Assembly: GCF_001194135.2 (NCBI RefSeq)
Contig: NC_068986.1
Coordinates: forward strand, 28,949,818 to 28,988,997
Length of the DNA stretch: 39,180 bases
Direction of reading: 5' to 3'
DNA from: Octopus bimaculoides
Taxonomy: Eukaryota
In this document: positions 11,216 through 23,554 of the stretch, one piece after another
Numbering within the stretch: the first letter of the stretch is position 1
Layout of the letters: every line of letters starts with the position of its first letter
Position numbers and translations under genes: made by a program
The notes under the pieces: generated by a model
What the model was told of the DNA's origin: nothing
Databases searched by the model: none
The model's input: the letters and a program-made list of their open reading frames with translations, nothing else

Positions 11216-12759
11216 GCGAAAGAAAGAAGACAGTCAGACGCACCAGCATGTAGAGACATACAGAAGCACTGTATACCTCCGCACACAAAGTGATATGGGT
11301 GTATAGGCGAGGACGAACGAGTGTATATACGTATGAATGCAACAGATGTTATCGAGAGGAAATAAATATATACAAACTCACATATGCATACAAGCGGACA
11401 TACACATCATACATCCACACGCATACATCAACATATATACACGTGTATATATATATATATATATATATNNNNNNNNNNNNNNNNNNNNNNNNNNNNNNNN
11501 NNNNNNNNNNNNNNNNNNNNNNNNNNNNNNNNNNNNNNNNNNNNNNNNNNNNNNNNNNNNNNNNNNNNNNNNNNNNNNNNNNNNNNNNNNNNNNNNNNNN
11601 NNNNNNNNNNNNNNNNNNNNNNNNNNNNNNNNNNNNNNNNNNNNNNNNNNNNNNNNNNNNNNNNNNNNNNNNNNNNNNNNNNNNNNNNNNNNNNNNNNNN
11701 NNNNNNNNNNNNNNNNNNNNNNNNNNNNNNNNNNNNNNNNNNNNNNNNNNNNNNNNNNNNNNNNNNNNNNNNNNNNNNNNNNNNNNNNNNNNNNNNNNNN
11801 NNNNNNNNNNNNNNNNNNNNNNNNNNNNNNNNNNNNNNNNNNNNNNNNNNNNNNNNNNNNNNNNNNNNNNNNNNNNNNNNNNNNNNNNNNNNNNNNNNNN
11901 NNNNNNNNNNNNNNNNNNNNNNNNNNNNNNNNNNNNNNNNNNNNNNNNNNNNNNNNNNNNNNNNNNNNNNNNNNNNNNNNNNNNNNNNNNNNNNNNNNNN
12001 NNNNNNNNNNTTATTTGATTATTTATTTATGTGTTTACTTATGTATTCATTCATATTTTTTTCTTATCTTTTTGTATTCTTCAAATGTTTTGTTTATTTA
12101 TTTTATTTTGTTTTTTAATAAAAATTCGGCAAGCGTAAAGAGTAAGCAAGATAGAAAAAGGTTTTTGGTCGCTTATGTTATATTTATTAAAACTAAATAG
12201 TGCTAACGTCAATCACTCTATAATAGTTGTGATCAATAAGGCCACCTTTTGCACTCCAAACTGATAAATAGACGGATCTCCTTTCAATTGATTTATCGGC
12301 GGCCATATTAATTTTGTTTCGTTTCCTTTATTTTCATATATATTTTTTATTCCTTGTATTTATTTCGTTATTTTTTTCATCTTATTTTGTATATATTGTT
12401 TTGTTTTTTATATTTTCATTTTTTTCTTTATTTTTCATTCACTCTTTTCTTACTTATCGTTTACGTTACGTTTCCTTTTTTTATTGAGTTTGTTATTGTT
12501 GTCATATATACATATACACGCGCACGCACACACACATATACATTTATAAATGTACGTAATAATATGTGTGTGTGTATGTGTGTGTTGTATGTGTGTGTTG
12601 CATGTATGTGTGTGTGTGCGTATGAATATCTTTTTCGTATTTATTGATCTATTTATTTACTCTCTCACTTCCGCTCTCCATCTCTGTGTCTCTTACTTTC
12701 ACTTTCTCTTTCCCACTTCTTTGTCAAGTGATGCTGGAGCGACAAGCACAGACACACAA

Positions 12760-12813
<54 letters not shown>

Positions 12814-13008
12814 GTGTGTGATTTTGATTCCCTCTCTCTCTCCCTCATTCTCTCTAAGTTTCTACATGAATTACTCTATCTCTATTTGTCTATGAGATCC
12901 ACCTCTCATTCTTTCTTTCTATATATAGATCTCACTCATTCTCACTTAGTCACTGCCAGTCCACCTGTCTCTCTGCCTGTCTCTCCTTATCATTCTCTTC
13001 AGCCCTGC

Positions 13009-13076
<68 letters not shown>
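12760..13076 (+). repeat. (AC)n, CT-rich and (CTAT)n microsatellites running into a gap
   Basis: Directly visible. Confidence 0.85.
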
Positions 13077-13879
13077 NNNNNNNNNNNNNNNNNNNNNNNN
13101 NNNNNNNNNNNNNNNNNNNNNNNNNNNNNNNNNNNNNNNNNNNNNNNNNNNNNNNNNNNNNNNNNNNNNNNNNNNNNNNNNNNNNNNNNNNNNNNNNNNN
13201 NNNNNNNNNNNNNNNNNNNNNNNNNNNNNNNNNNNNNNNNNNNNNNNNNNNNNNNNNNNNNNNNNNNNNNNNNNNNNNNNNNNNNNNNNNNNNNNNNNNN
13301 NNNNNNNNNNNNNNNNNNNNNNNNNNNNNNNNNNNNNNNNNNNNNNNNNNNNNNNNNNNNNNNNNNNNNNNNNNNNNNNNNNNNNNNNNNNNNNNNNNNN
13401 NNNNNNNNNNNNNNNNNNNNNNNNNNNNNNNNNNNNNNNNNNNNNNNNNNNNNNNNNNNNNNNNNNNNNNNNNNNNNNNNNNNNNNNNNNNNNNNNNNNN
13501 NNNNNNNNNNNNNNNNNNNNNNNNNNNNNNNNNNNNNNNNNNNNNNNNNNNNNNNNNNNNNNNNNNNNNNNNNNNNNNNNNNNNNNNNNNNNNNNNNNNN
13601 NNNNNNNNNATATATATATATATATATATACGCACACACACACACACACATAGCTATACATACATATATATATATATATAAATACACACAGATACACAGA
13701 CATACACACACACCTATACATACATACATACATACATACATACGTACGTACAGACATACATACATAGATGCATACATACATAAACGTATGCGTGTATATC
13801 TATTTATCGTCTGGTCTTCATTCCTCACAACTTCTGCCAACTTGCTTTTCTACCCACCTCTCACTTTACCTCACTCTTG

Positions 13880-13929
13880 CTTTCTCTCTCTCCCTCTCTC
13901 TCTCTCTATCTCTCCCTCTCTCTCACTCC

Positions 13930-13968
<39 letters not shown>

Positions 13969-14127
13969 GTTTTTCTCTCTCTCTCACTCACACACACACA
14001 CACAAACACACACACAGACTCTCCATTTCTTTCATTTGGTTGTTGCGAAGTTTTGGTTCATTGGTTAGTAGTTGGGCATATATATATTTTTTGCTTCTGT
14101 TGTTTTTTTTTACTTCTATCACTTATA

Positions 14128-14195
<68 letters not shown>

Positions 14196-14200
14196 CATTA
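13880..14200 (+). repeat. (CT)n, (AC)n and (TTA)n microsatellites
   Basis: Directly visible. Confidence 0.85.
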
Positions 14201-15880
14201 TTGTGTTTTTACTTCTCATCTTGTTTGTGAGTTTATGAGTTTGTTGTAAAAGGTGTAGTAATAGTGGCTGTTGTTGTTGTTGTTGTTGTTTTCGATCTGT
14301 GAAGATTAGACGAAAGAAGGGAAAAAAACATGAAAAAAAATGTAAAAAAATCTATATGAACATAAACAATAAAACAAAAATGAAAATGATATGTCGAAAT
14401 ACAAAAACGATGTGTTAGAGCCTTAAGTAACACACACACACACACGCACACACACACACACACACATAGAAAAGCATCTGCGTACACATGTATGCACATA
14501 AATACACAGACATATATACATATACACTAATAAACGACTAATCGTTCATGTCTACGTGTCGTTATATAAATGTATATGTACATATATAAATGTATGTATG
14601 TATATATATATATATATNNNNNNNNNNNNNNNNNNNNNNNNNNNNNNNNNNNNNNNNNNNNNNNNNNNNNNNNNNNNNNNNNNNNNNNNNNNNNNNNNNN
14701 NNNNNNNNNNNNNNNNNNNNNNNNNNNNNNNNNNNNNNNNNNNNNNNNNNNNNNNNNNNNNNNNNNNNNNNNNNNNNNNNNNNNNNNNNNNNNNNNNNNN
14801 NNNNNNNNNNNNNNNNNNNNNNNNNNNNNNNNNNNNNNNNNNNNNNNNNNNNNNNNNNNNNNNNNNNNNNNNNNNNNNNNNNNNNNNNNNNNNNNNNNNN
14901 NNNNNNNNNNNNNNNNNNNNNNNNNNNNNNNNNNNNNNNNNNNNNNNNNNNNNNNNNNNNNNNNNNNNNNNNNNNNNNNNNNNNNNNNNNNNNNNNNNNN
15001 NNNNNNNNNNNNNNNNNNNNNNNNNNNNNNNNNNNNNNNNNNNNNNNNNNNNNNNNNNNNNNNNNNNNNNNNNNNNNNNNNNNNNNNNNNNNNNNNNNNN
15101 NNNNNNNNNNNNNNNNNNNNNNNNNNNNNNNNNNNNNNNNNNNNNNNNNNNTATATATATATGTACATATATATATGTATGTATGGTGGGGCTGTGTTAA
15201 CCGCACGTGGAGAAATATCTATATACATATATACATACATATATATACATATATATATACATATATATACATACACACACATATATATATATACATAATG
15301 CATACATACTTACATACATACATACAAACATACATATATACATACATACATACATACATACACACACATACATACATGAGGCTTAAGAGACAGGCGTATA
15401 TTATAAACCCACTTAGAAAATGACGCCGTCATCCCCCCACCTCATTCAAGAACATGCGTACGTATACGCATAAACGTGTGTGTTCGTACGTTCACTTGAC
15501 TGGGTGTGTTCGTGTGCACATATGTGTCGCTGCCTATATGTTTGTATGTATTTGTGCACGTATGTACTTATCTGCGTTTGTGCGTGTGAGAATGTGTCTG
15601 CAAATTGCTATGTAAAAGTACATGTGCGTAGGATTCCACACGTACCTGAATATATACATATATATTTGAATACACACGCACATATACATACACTCCTATA
15701 ATACATACATACTTATACGCATACATACATACGTACGTACGTACATGCATGCACATATACACATACGNNNNNNNNNNATAAAGATAATTTGTTTCCTTCT
15801 ATTATCGAGTCTATTTTATAGTTCTGTTAGTGTTGTCGAGTGCAATTACTTTAATGACCCACTCGTTCATACACCGCCTC

Positions 15881-15925
<45 letters not shown>

Positions 15926-16083
15926 ACGACTGGTATACATATATATTTGAATACACACGCACATATACATACACTCCTATAATACATACATACTTATACG
16001 CATACATACATACGTACGTACGTACGTACATGCATGCACATATACACATACGCACGGAAATCATTATTAAAAGTCTTGGTGTA

Positions 16084-16298
16084 GGGTGGCGAGCTGTCAG
16101 AATCGTTAGCACACCGGATAAAGTGCTCAACAGTATTTCTTTAGGTTTTACTTTCCGGGTTCAAACGCCGCCGAGGCCGACTTTTTCTTTCATCCTTTCA
16201 GATTGATAATATAAGTACCAGTTGAGTACTGGTATTAATGTAACCAACTATCCCCCTCCCCCTATTTTACACCTTGTGCCTATAATAGAAAGGATTAC
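16084..16298 (+). mobile_element. SINE family A (tRNA-derived head), A1-type tail
   Basis: Head GGGTGGCGAGCTGTCAGAATCGTTAGCAC, B-box-like GGGTTCAAAC, core TTTCATCCTTTC...GATAATATAAGTACCAG, tail CCTTGTGCCTATAATAGAAAGGATT. Confidence 0.85.
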
Positions 16299-16313
16299 GA
16301 AAGGTCTTGGTAA

Positions 16314-16930
16314 GGGCAGCGAAGTGGCAGAATCGTTAGCACGCTGGGCGAAACGCTTAGAGATATTTTGTCTGCCGTTACGTTCTGAGTTCAAATTCCG
16401 CCGAGGTCGACTTTGCCTTTCATCCTTTCGGGGTCGATAAATTAAGTACCAGTTACGCACTGGAGTCGATGTAATCGACTTATCCCTTTATCTGTCCTTG
16501 TTTGTCCCCTCTATGTTTAGCCCCTTGTGAGCAGTAAAGAAATAAGAAACGCTAAGCACACCGAGCGAAATGCTTAACGGTATTTCGTCTGCCTTTATGT
16601 TCTGAGTTCAAAGTCCGCCGAGGTCGACTTTGCCTGTCATCCTTTCGGGGTCGATAAATTAAGTACCAGTTACGCACTGGGTCGATGTAATCGACTTAAT
16701 CCCTTTGTCTGTCCTTGTTTGTCCCCTCTATGTGTAGCCCCTTGTGGGCAATAAAGAAATAAGAATCGTTAGCACGCCGGGCAAAGTGCTTAGCAGTAAT
16801 TCTTTCGGCTTAACGTTCTGAGTTCAAATGCCACCGGGGTCGATAAAATAAATACCAGTTGAGTACTTTGGTTGATGAAATCGATTTACCCCTACTCCTA
16901 AAATTACTAACCACGTGACAAAATTTGTGA
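16314..16930 (+). mobile_element. Head-to-tail SINE A multimer: two A2-tail units (~217-bp period) plus a third degraded unit
   Basis: Units are joined by AAAGAAATAAGAA(A/T)CG(C/T)TA(A)GCAC at ~16549 and ~16766; the core is repeated. Confidence 0.9.
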
Positions 16931-16944
16931 CAACTGAAGAAAGG

Positions 16945-17045
16945 TGTTGAGCAGGTAAAATGCTAGTGATACTTCGTCTGTCTTTACTGTCTAATTTCAA
17001 ATTCCGGTGACGTCGACATTGCCTTTTAACTTTTCGGGGTCACCG
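16945..17045 (+). mobile_element. SINE A fragment
   Basis: TTCAAATTCCGGTGACGTCGACATTGCCTTTTAACTTTTCGGGGTC. Confidence 0.65.
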
Positions 17046-17094
17046 TTTCTCAAGCATTGTCAAGTCATACACGCACATACTTATACACACGTAC

Positions 17095-17272
17095 ATATAC
17101 GACAAACCTTCACAAAGATTCCGTCTACCAAATTCACACACAAGGCATTAGTTGGCCCGAAGCTGTAGTAGAAGACACTTGTCCAAAGTGTCACACAGTG
17201 GGACTGAACCCGAATCCGCGTGGCTTCGGGTTCAGTAAAGCGAGTTTCTAAACAACGCAGCCGTACCGGTGC
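17095..17272 (-). mobile_element. SINE B 5' half including the tRNA-like head
   Basis: GTAGAAGACACTTGTCCAAAGTGTCACACAGTGGGACTGAACCC matches 26860-26905. Confidence 0.8.
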
Positions 17273-17294
17273 CTATTATCTAAGAAGAAATAAA

Positions 17295-17834
17295 GCGGCG
17301 ATCTGGTAGGATCGTTTGCATGCTGGGCAAAATGCTTAGCGATATTTCGTCTGTCTTTATGTGCAAATTCCACCGAGGTCGACTGTAACTTTTATCATTT
17401 CGGAGTCGATAAATTAAGTACCACTGAAACACTGAGGTCGATGTAATCGTCTAGTCCCCATCCCCTAAATTTCGGGCCTTGTGCCTTTAGCGGAAAGGAT
17501 TATTATTATTTAAGGACTAAGGCATTTCATCTGTCTTTACGTTCTGACTTTGCCTTTTCTCATTTTGGGGTCGATAAATTAAGTACCACTGAAACACTGG
17601 GGTCGATGTAATCGACTATTCCCCACCCACTAAATTTCGGGCCTTGTGCCTTTAGCAGAAAGTATTATTATTTAAAGACAAAGGCATTTCGTCTGTCTTT
17701 ACGTTCTGACTTTACCTTTTATCATTTCGGAGTCGATAAATTAAGTACCACTGAAACAATGGGGTCGATGTAATCGACTAGTCCCCTCCCCACAAATTTC
17801 AGGCTTTGTGCCTATAGTAAAAAAAGGATTATAT
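17295..17834 (+). repeat. SINE A copy expanded locally into three tandem units of ~162-165 bp
   Basis: GTCGATAAATTAAGTACCACTGAAAC at 17405, 17570 and 17732. Units 2 and 3 share a deletion and a linker. Confidence 0.9.
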
Positions 17835-18234
17835 AAGAAGAAATCGTTTCTTTACTTATCGAATGTGCTACTGCACCACTTGGATCGAACTTAAGAATCT
17901 CTAAAACTGTTTCATATTACAAATCAAACCCATTGAGACTGCTAACATTTTAATAGAATCAAATTTGCTAAAACTAAGTTGAATCAACGCCAAAAATATT
18001 CAAAATAAATGACGTAATGGGTGAATACGTTCAATAATTCAATCATTGGTGAACCCTGTAGCGCGGTGGTATTTTATTCCATCATGTCATCAATATCTGC
18101 CGCTGTATCGATATCGATTACCATGGGGTAGTATTTCCTTTCATTTGTGTCGCTTTTTCTCTTGAGAAAAGCCTTTCATCTCCGTTATAAACAAGTAGCT
18201 TTCACGCTAACAACGGCACCTCCACGCAGTCTCC

Positions 18235-18310
18235 CAAACTGCTAGAAATAGTAGCCAAATTTCAATAAAATCACAACTCACTTAAGAGAAGAAAAAAAGG
18301 CAATATTCAA
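18235..18310 (+). repeat. Family D fragment
   Basis: CTGCTAGAAATAGTAGCCAAATTTCAATAAAATCACAAC resembles 25123-25160 and 515-550. Confidence 0.4.
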
Positions 18311-18359
18311 ACATCTGAAGATGGTCACCAAGGAGATATGCACTGCAGTTAGAACCAGC

Positions 18360-18614
18360 TCTATGTTTAGCCCCTTGTGGGCAATAAAGAAATAAAAAAC
18401 GTTAGCACGCCAAGCAAAATGCTTAGCGGTATTTCGTCTGCCGTTACGTTATGAGTTCAAATTCCTCCGAGGTCAACTTTGCCTTTCAGCCTTTCGGGAT
18501 CGAAAAATTAAGTACCATTTATGCACTGGGGTCGATGTAATCGACTTAATCCCTTTGTCTGTTCTTGTTTGTCCCCTCTATGTTTAGCCCCCTTGTGGGC
18601 AATAAAGAAATAAG
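18360..18614 (+). mobile_element. SINE A2: terminal ~40 nt of one unit fused to a complete headless unit
   Basis: CTATGTTTAGCCCCTTGTGGGCAATAAAGAAATAAAAAACGTTAGCACGCC, then core and A2 tail. Confidence 0.9.
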
Positions 18615-18635
18615 GAAACTGAAAGAAGCCCATCG

Positions 18636-18727
<92 letters not shown>

Positions 18728-18915
18728 TGTGTGTGAGTGTGTGTGTGTTTGACAACCGATTTTGGTGTATTTACATCCCCGTAAGTTAGTGGTTCGGCAA
18801 AAGAGACCGATAGAATAAGTACTAGGCTTTCAAAGAAGTCCTGGGAGCGATTTGTTTGACGGTGCTCCAGTATGGCCGCAGTAAAATGAATGAAACAAAT
18901 AAACGAATAAAAGAA
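18615..18915 (+). mobile_element. SINE B 3' two-thirds, abutting the SINE A2 tail
   Basis: GAAACTGAAAGAAGCCC(AT)n(GT)n...GGTTCGGCAAAAGAGACCGATAGAATAAGTACT...GGTGCTCCAGTATGGCCGCAG. Confidence 0.9.
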
Positions 18916-18959
18916 CATAGATGTATGTATGTATGTGGGGGGGCTGCGCGCGCGTGTCT

Positions 18960-19150
18960 TTCTGTTTACCCCTCCATGGCTTGGGAACCTGTTTTGGTTT
19001 GTTTACATTCGCGTAACTTAGTGGTTGGTCAAATGAGACAGAATAAAAGCCAGACTTAAATATCAGCACTGGAGACGATCTGATCGACTAGACCATTGGT
19101 ACAAGTTAAAGAATGAAAGAATGAAAGAATGAAAGAATGAAAGAATAAAA
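18960..19150 (+). mobile_element. Degraded SINE B 3' part with an (AAAGAATG)n tail
   Basis: TTTACATTCGCGTAACTTAGTGGTTGG...GACAGAATAAA...CTGGAGACGATCTGATCGACTA, then 8-mer repeats. Confidence 0.6.
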
Positions 19151-19169
19151 GAATAGTCATGAGCTCCGG

Positions 19170-19370
19170 TTCGTTTATTTTCTCTTTGAACCATTGGACA
19201 GAGAGCATGCTCAGGCACGGCTTTGAAAAGGAATTTTATTCGGAAGATATCGACTCCAGTAGTTATTCTATTAGTCCCTTATACCGAGCCGCTAATTTAG
19301 GAGACGTAAGCAATGCAACACCGGTTCTGACAAAGCGGTAGAGACATAAAGACATAAGCACAAAGACACG
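19170..19370 (-). mobile_element. Degraded SINE B 3' part
   Basis: GCATGCTCAGGCACGGCTTT...ATCGACTCCAGTAGTTATTCTATT...GAGCCGCTAATTTAGGAGACGTAA...CACCGGTT. Confidence 0.5.
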
Positions 19371-20917
19371 CACATGTATATCTGAATATATGTGTGTGCG
19401 CTCGCGTGCGTGTGTGTAAAACGATAAAACGATGGGAAATTGAACGTGATCCAACAATGCCATGAAAGTCAGTCACCTGATGACTTGCAGGCACACAACT
19501 GTTGTCGCTGCTGCATCGTATCAATTTATGTAATAATATGACTTGAAAAACTCAGCAACTGATCTCGAACGAAGCACTTTCAAACTGAACATCAAAAGCA
19601 CCTAATAAGCTGTAAGACGGGCTGGACTAGATAATAAAGATTATGAACACTGTTCTTTTATATTTAACTAAAATTTTATTTCTTAAATAGATTTAAATGC
19701 CAAAGAAATACATTTCGCTATACATTACTCTCTCAAGTACCAAATAAATAGGTATTTGGGCATCATACTTTGTGTAAATACATCGTGTAAACCAAATTTA
19801 GTGCGGTATTTGCCCTCAGATAATATTCATATGGACATACTGTGTTTAAAAAGCCAAATATATCAGTAGCAGACGAAATTTATCCAGTAACGGCAGTAAG
19901 AATGCTAGATGCGCATTTCTACCTAATTGGACTTTTTCAGTAACATGTATTCACTGCCAACCGCATGCTAAGGGGTAATCCGTTGATACTGATATTTGAA
20001 AACTGACTGAGGATCGGGAGATTTTCTACAAGACGCTATCTAGATCTGGTTTAAAGGCATAAAGCATATGAGATGGTTAGGGCGCCTTTAAATCACATAT
20101 AATATTCCTTCGTGATCTGGTGCATACTGGCGTCAGTTAAGTTAATTAAGATAATGTGCTCATCAGAAAGAGAGAAACACCTGCAATGAGTTTCAACTGA
20201 AGGCTGTCTTACGCAGATTGCCTATAACTTATACATTTTGTATTCTCGCCCCAGCGCATTAAATATACATTATGATAAACTGTTTACTAGAAAATCTACA
20301 ACATAATTCTTTTTTTTTTTTAACTCTTAAGAGAATAATAATATGGGAAAACGATTCAAGTTTGAAAAAATATATCTACAAACCTTCAGTGCAACGGAAG
20401 GTGAAGATAATTTACTAGACCTTGTTAATTTATGTGAAAATGCTGAATACGATTCCATACACGACTCATTAATAATGAATCTGTAATATTAAATTAAGAT
20501 GGTTTATGGTACGAGAGTTATATTTATACAAGTGAAGATTAGTTGATGTTAAATTCCCATCGTGAGATTTACAACCAAGAGGAAACTAGATCTGGCGTTA
20601 AAACCTTCAACATGTATATTTAATTTTCGTATATGTTACTTTGTTGATTTATTTTGTTACAGTTTTCTGTGGGGTTAATAAATATGCTTCACTTGCGAAA
20701 AGATTTCGAATGTAACCAAATCTGTCTGCTTATAATTAGTGACCTGCAATGCTTTTAAATACACCATATTTGTTACAATAAAGGAGTCATTGCGAACGAG
20801 TATTTTGACGGTTTAAATTTGATAGTGCTACTTCTAAGCAATGATTACGATCTTTATTAAATAATCACAGAACTAACGGCACTGAAGGTTTCATGTTCGT
20901 AACCTGAGATCTCTTTG

Positions 20918-21199
<282 letters not shown>

Positions 21200-21203
<4 letters not shown>

Positions 21204-21541
21204 TCTTTCTTTATTTGCCGCAAAGTAGGCAGATAAGCGAACATTACAAGGACAGATTACAAAAATAGTGATGGTCTACATTGAATAGGGTGAGAAAGAA
21301 AAAAAGTGCACATGAATGCGAAGGGGAAAGGACCAAATTAGTGAACAGACAACTGGGGTCGAACAGGGAACCACATAGGTCCAAGATCATTCTTACTGCC
21401 AAAGGAAATAGGGACAATTAAGTCTGTATATTCCAGCCTACGATCGAATGATCAAAATGAGTCTGTTGACTCAGGCCATGCTCACAATTCTTTCAGCCTT
21501 CAGTCGCAAAGCACAACTTTCCTGTTCGTCCTCTCCTATAT
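21200..21541 (-). mobile_element. 3' end of a LINE-like element (ORF stop, 3' UTR, (TAA)n tail); possibly L1/Tx1-like
   Basis: The minus strand reads ...IVSMA*VNRLILIIRS*, then a pyrimidine-rich UTR ending TCTGTCCTTGT...GGCAAATAAAGAAAGATAATAATAA. The clade call rests on memory of similar elements only. Confidence 0.4.
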
Positions 21542-21870
21542 ANNNNNNNNNNNNNNNNNNNNNNNNNNNNNNNNNNNNNNNNNNNNNNNNNNNNNNNNNN
21601 NNNNNNNNNNNNNNNNNNNNNNNNNNNNNNNNNNNNNNNNNNNNNNNNNNNNNNNNNNNNNNNNNNNNNNNNNNNNNNNNNNNNNNNNNNNNNNNNNNNN
21701 NNNNNNNNNNNNNNNNNNNNNNNNNNNNNNNNNNNNNNNNNNNNNNNNNNNNNNNNNNNNNNNNNNNNNNNNNNNNNNNNNNNNNNNNNNNNNNNNNNNN
21801 NNNNNNNCTTACAAATAAATTTACAATCTACCGACTAAAATTTCGACCACCTCATACAGAATTTAAACAA

Positions 21871-22132
21871 TACTCTTTTTTTTTTATTTTACTTGTTTCA
21901 GTCTTTTGACTGCGGCCATGCTGGAGCACCACCTTTAGTCGAGCAAATCGACCCCCAGGACTTATTCTTTGTAAGCCTGGTACTTATTCTATCGGTCTCT
22001 TTTGCCGAACCGCTAAGTTACGGGGACGTAAACACACCAGCATCGGTTGTCAAGCGATGTTGGGGGGACAAACAGACACACAAACACACACACACATATA
22101 TACATATACATATATACGAGGGGCTTCTTTCG
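21871..22132 (-). mobile_element. SINE B, 5'-truncated
   Basis: High similarity to 26553-26800. Confidence 0.9.
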
Positions 22133-22205
22133 CCTTAATCTGCTAGCTGTGGACAGCTGACACTTTCCATCATACCCAGCAAAATAAGCTGCGCGTTTTC
22201 ATCAC

Positions 22206-22263
<58 letters not shown>

Positions 22264-22276
22264 TAATAATAATAAT

Positions 22277-22763
22277 GATCCAGGCTAATCGACCAGACAA
22301 AGTCATTAAAGACGGGGAACAAAATATTTGGAGACTAATAGATGTAAGTGTTCGCACTGATAAAAATATATCTGTCAAGGAATTTGACAATCTAAGTAAA
22401 TATAAATATTTGGACATTGAAATACAAAAGAAGTGGCATCTTAAAACGAGAACTGTTCCTGTTATTGTGGGTGCCCTAGGCATGATAAAAAAAAGGAGTA
22501 TCAGAAACATCTAGATAATATCCCAGGAGAACCATGTCTCAGAGAAATCCAAAAGATTGTGTTGACAAGTACTGCCCACATCCCTAGAAAAATCCTCTCA
22601 ATTTAAATGTCTGAGTTGTATTACATGAAGATATTTTGCTACTGCCCCTGCCACTTCCCCTCCCCAAGATTTTAGTCATACTGTAACATTTCTTATCGTT
22701 CACTCGCCCTAGAACCCCGGGTGTCTCGGCAAGTGATTGTAACAAGCATGCAGATTAAAAGTA
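22277..22763 (+). mobile_element. 5'-truncated R4/Dong-clade LINE (RLE domain plus 3' UTR) inserted in an (AAT)n microsatellite
   Basis: IQANRPDKVIKDGEQNIWRLIDVSVRTDKNISVKEFDNLSKYKYLDIEIQKKWHLKTRTVPVIVGALGMIKK / QKHLDNIPGEPCLREIQKIVLTSTAHIPRKILSI* contains a PD..D..K-type endonuclease motif. Both flanks are (AAT)n AAC (AAT)5. Confidence 0.92.
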
Positions 22764-22813
<50 letters not shown>

Positions 22814-23554
22814 TAATAATAATAATCCATTAATAATAATCGATCTTTTTCCTAAAGGAGAAACGTCTTGTATACAAAAGAATTTTAAAACCTGACAGGA
22901 AGTGTAATAAACAGGGTAGAATTAAAAACAATTCATTTGGCCAGTTAATATTCTTGAGAATGCAGCGATAACAGATTATGTAAAGTATCGAACGAAACGA
23001 TTTGCGTATTTAGTTACTTCTCTTTATGTTCAGAATGCTGGATTTTCTTAGTTCAAATACTCCACGGCAGCATTTGAACTCAGAACATAAATACCCGGAA
23101 CAGTTGCCACAAGATTCTCAACACACTTATTGTTCTGCTAATCGACCACCCTTAGGGGTAGGTAGAATAAACCTGAATTAAATACTTTTGCCTTGGTAAT
23201 TGGTCTTTTGGGAAAGCATGGTAATGTGATCCGGGAAGCGGAACGGTTTCGTTCGAAGCGTAAAATAACTTTAGTAACTTTAGGATGAGCTTAAAACAAA
23301 ATGGCGTCAGGTCACCGATGTCGACTTTTTCTTTCGGTCATCTGGGATTGTTGTAATATTGTACCAGCGAAATATGGAAGGCGATATCATCTATTATATC
23401 TTGTTCCACCACCAAAAATAGGTTTTGCGTTTATATAAGAAACCGGAGGATAAAATTGCTAGCCATGAGTCAATAATTTATTTTCAATGATGTTTTTAGG
23501 TGGCAGGATATATAAAACATCGGACGAAATGCTTTGAGCATTTAGTTCAGCGCT

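Noticed and set aside
10580-11293. Gln/Glu/Lys-rich open frames
   Set aside because: These are translations of CAG/GAG/GAA microsatellites with no complex domain.
16314-17834. CRISPR-like regularly spaced repeats
   Set aside because: The units are 160-217-bp SINE copies with no unique spacers or cas genes, in eukaryotic DNA.
18053-18075. ACCCTGTAG, matching the 5' end of miR-10
   Set aside because: The remainder does not match miR-10 and there is no hairpin partner.
18075-18170. Minus-strand frame RKSDTNERKYYPMVIDIDTAADIDDMME*
   Set aside because: Weak acceptor and no recognised homology.
20343-20486. 47-aa ORF MGKRFKFEKIYLQTFSATEG...
   Set aside because: No homology or splice support; chance ORF.
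23220-23400. AAAATGGCGTC (YY1-like) and CGGAA motifs as a promoter
   Set aside because: They lie within a degraded SINE A (GATGTCGACTTTTTCTTT...TTGTACCAG follows), so the motifs are probably incidental.
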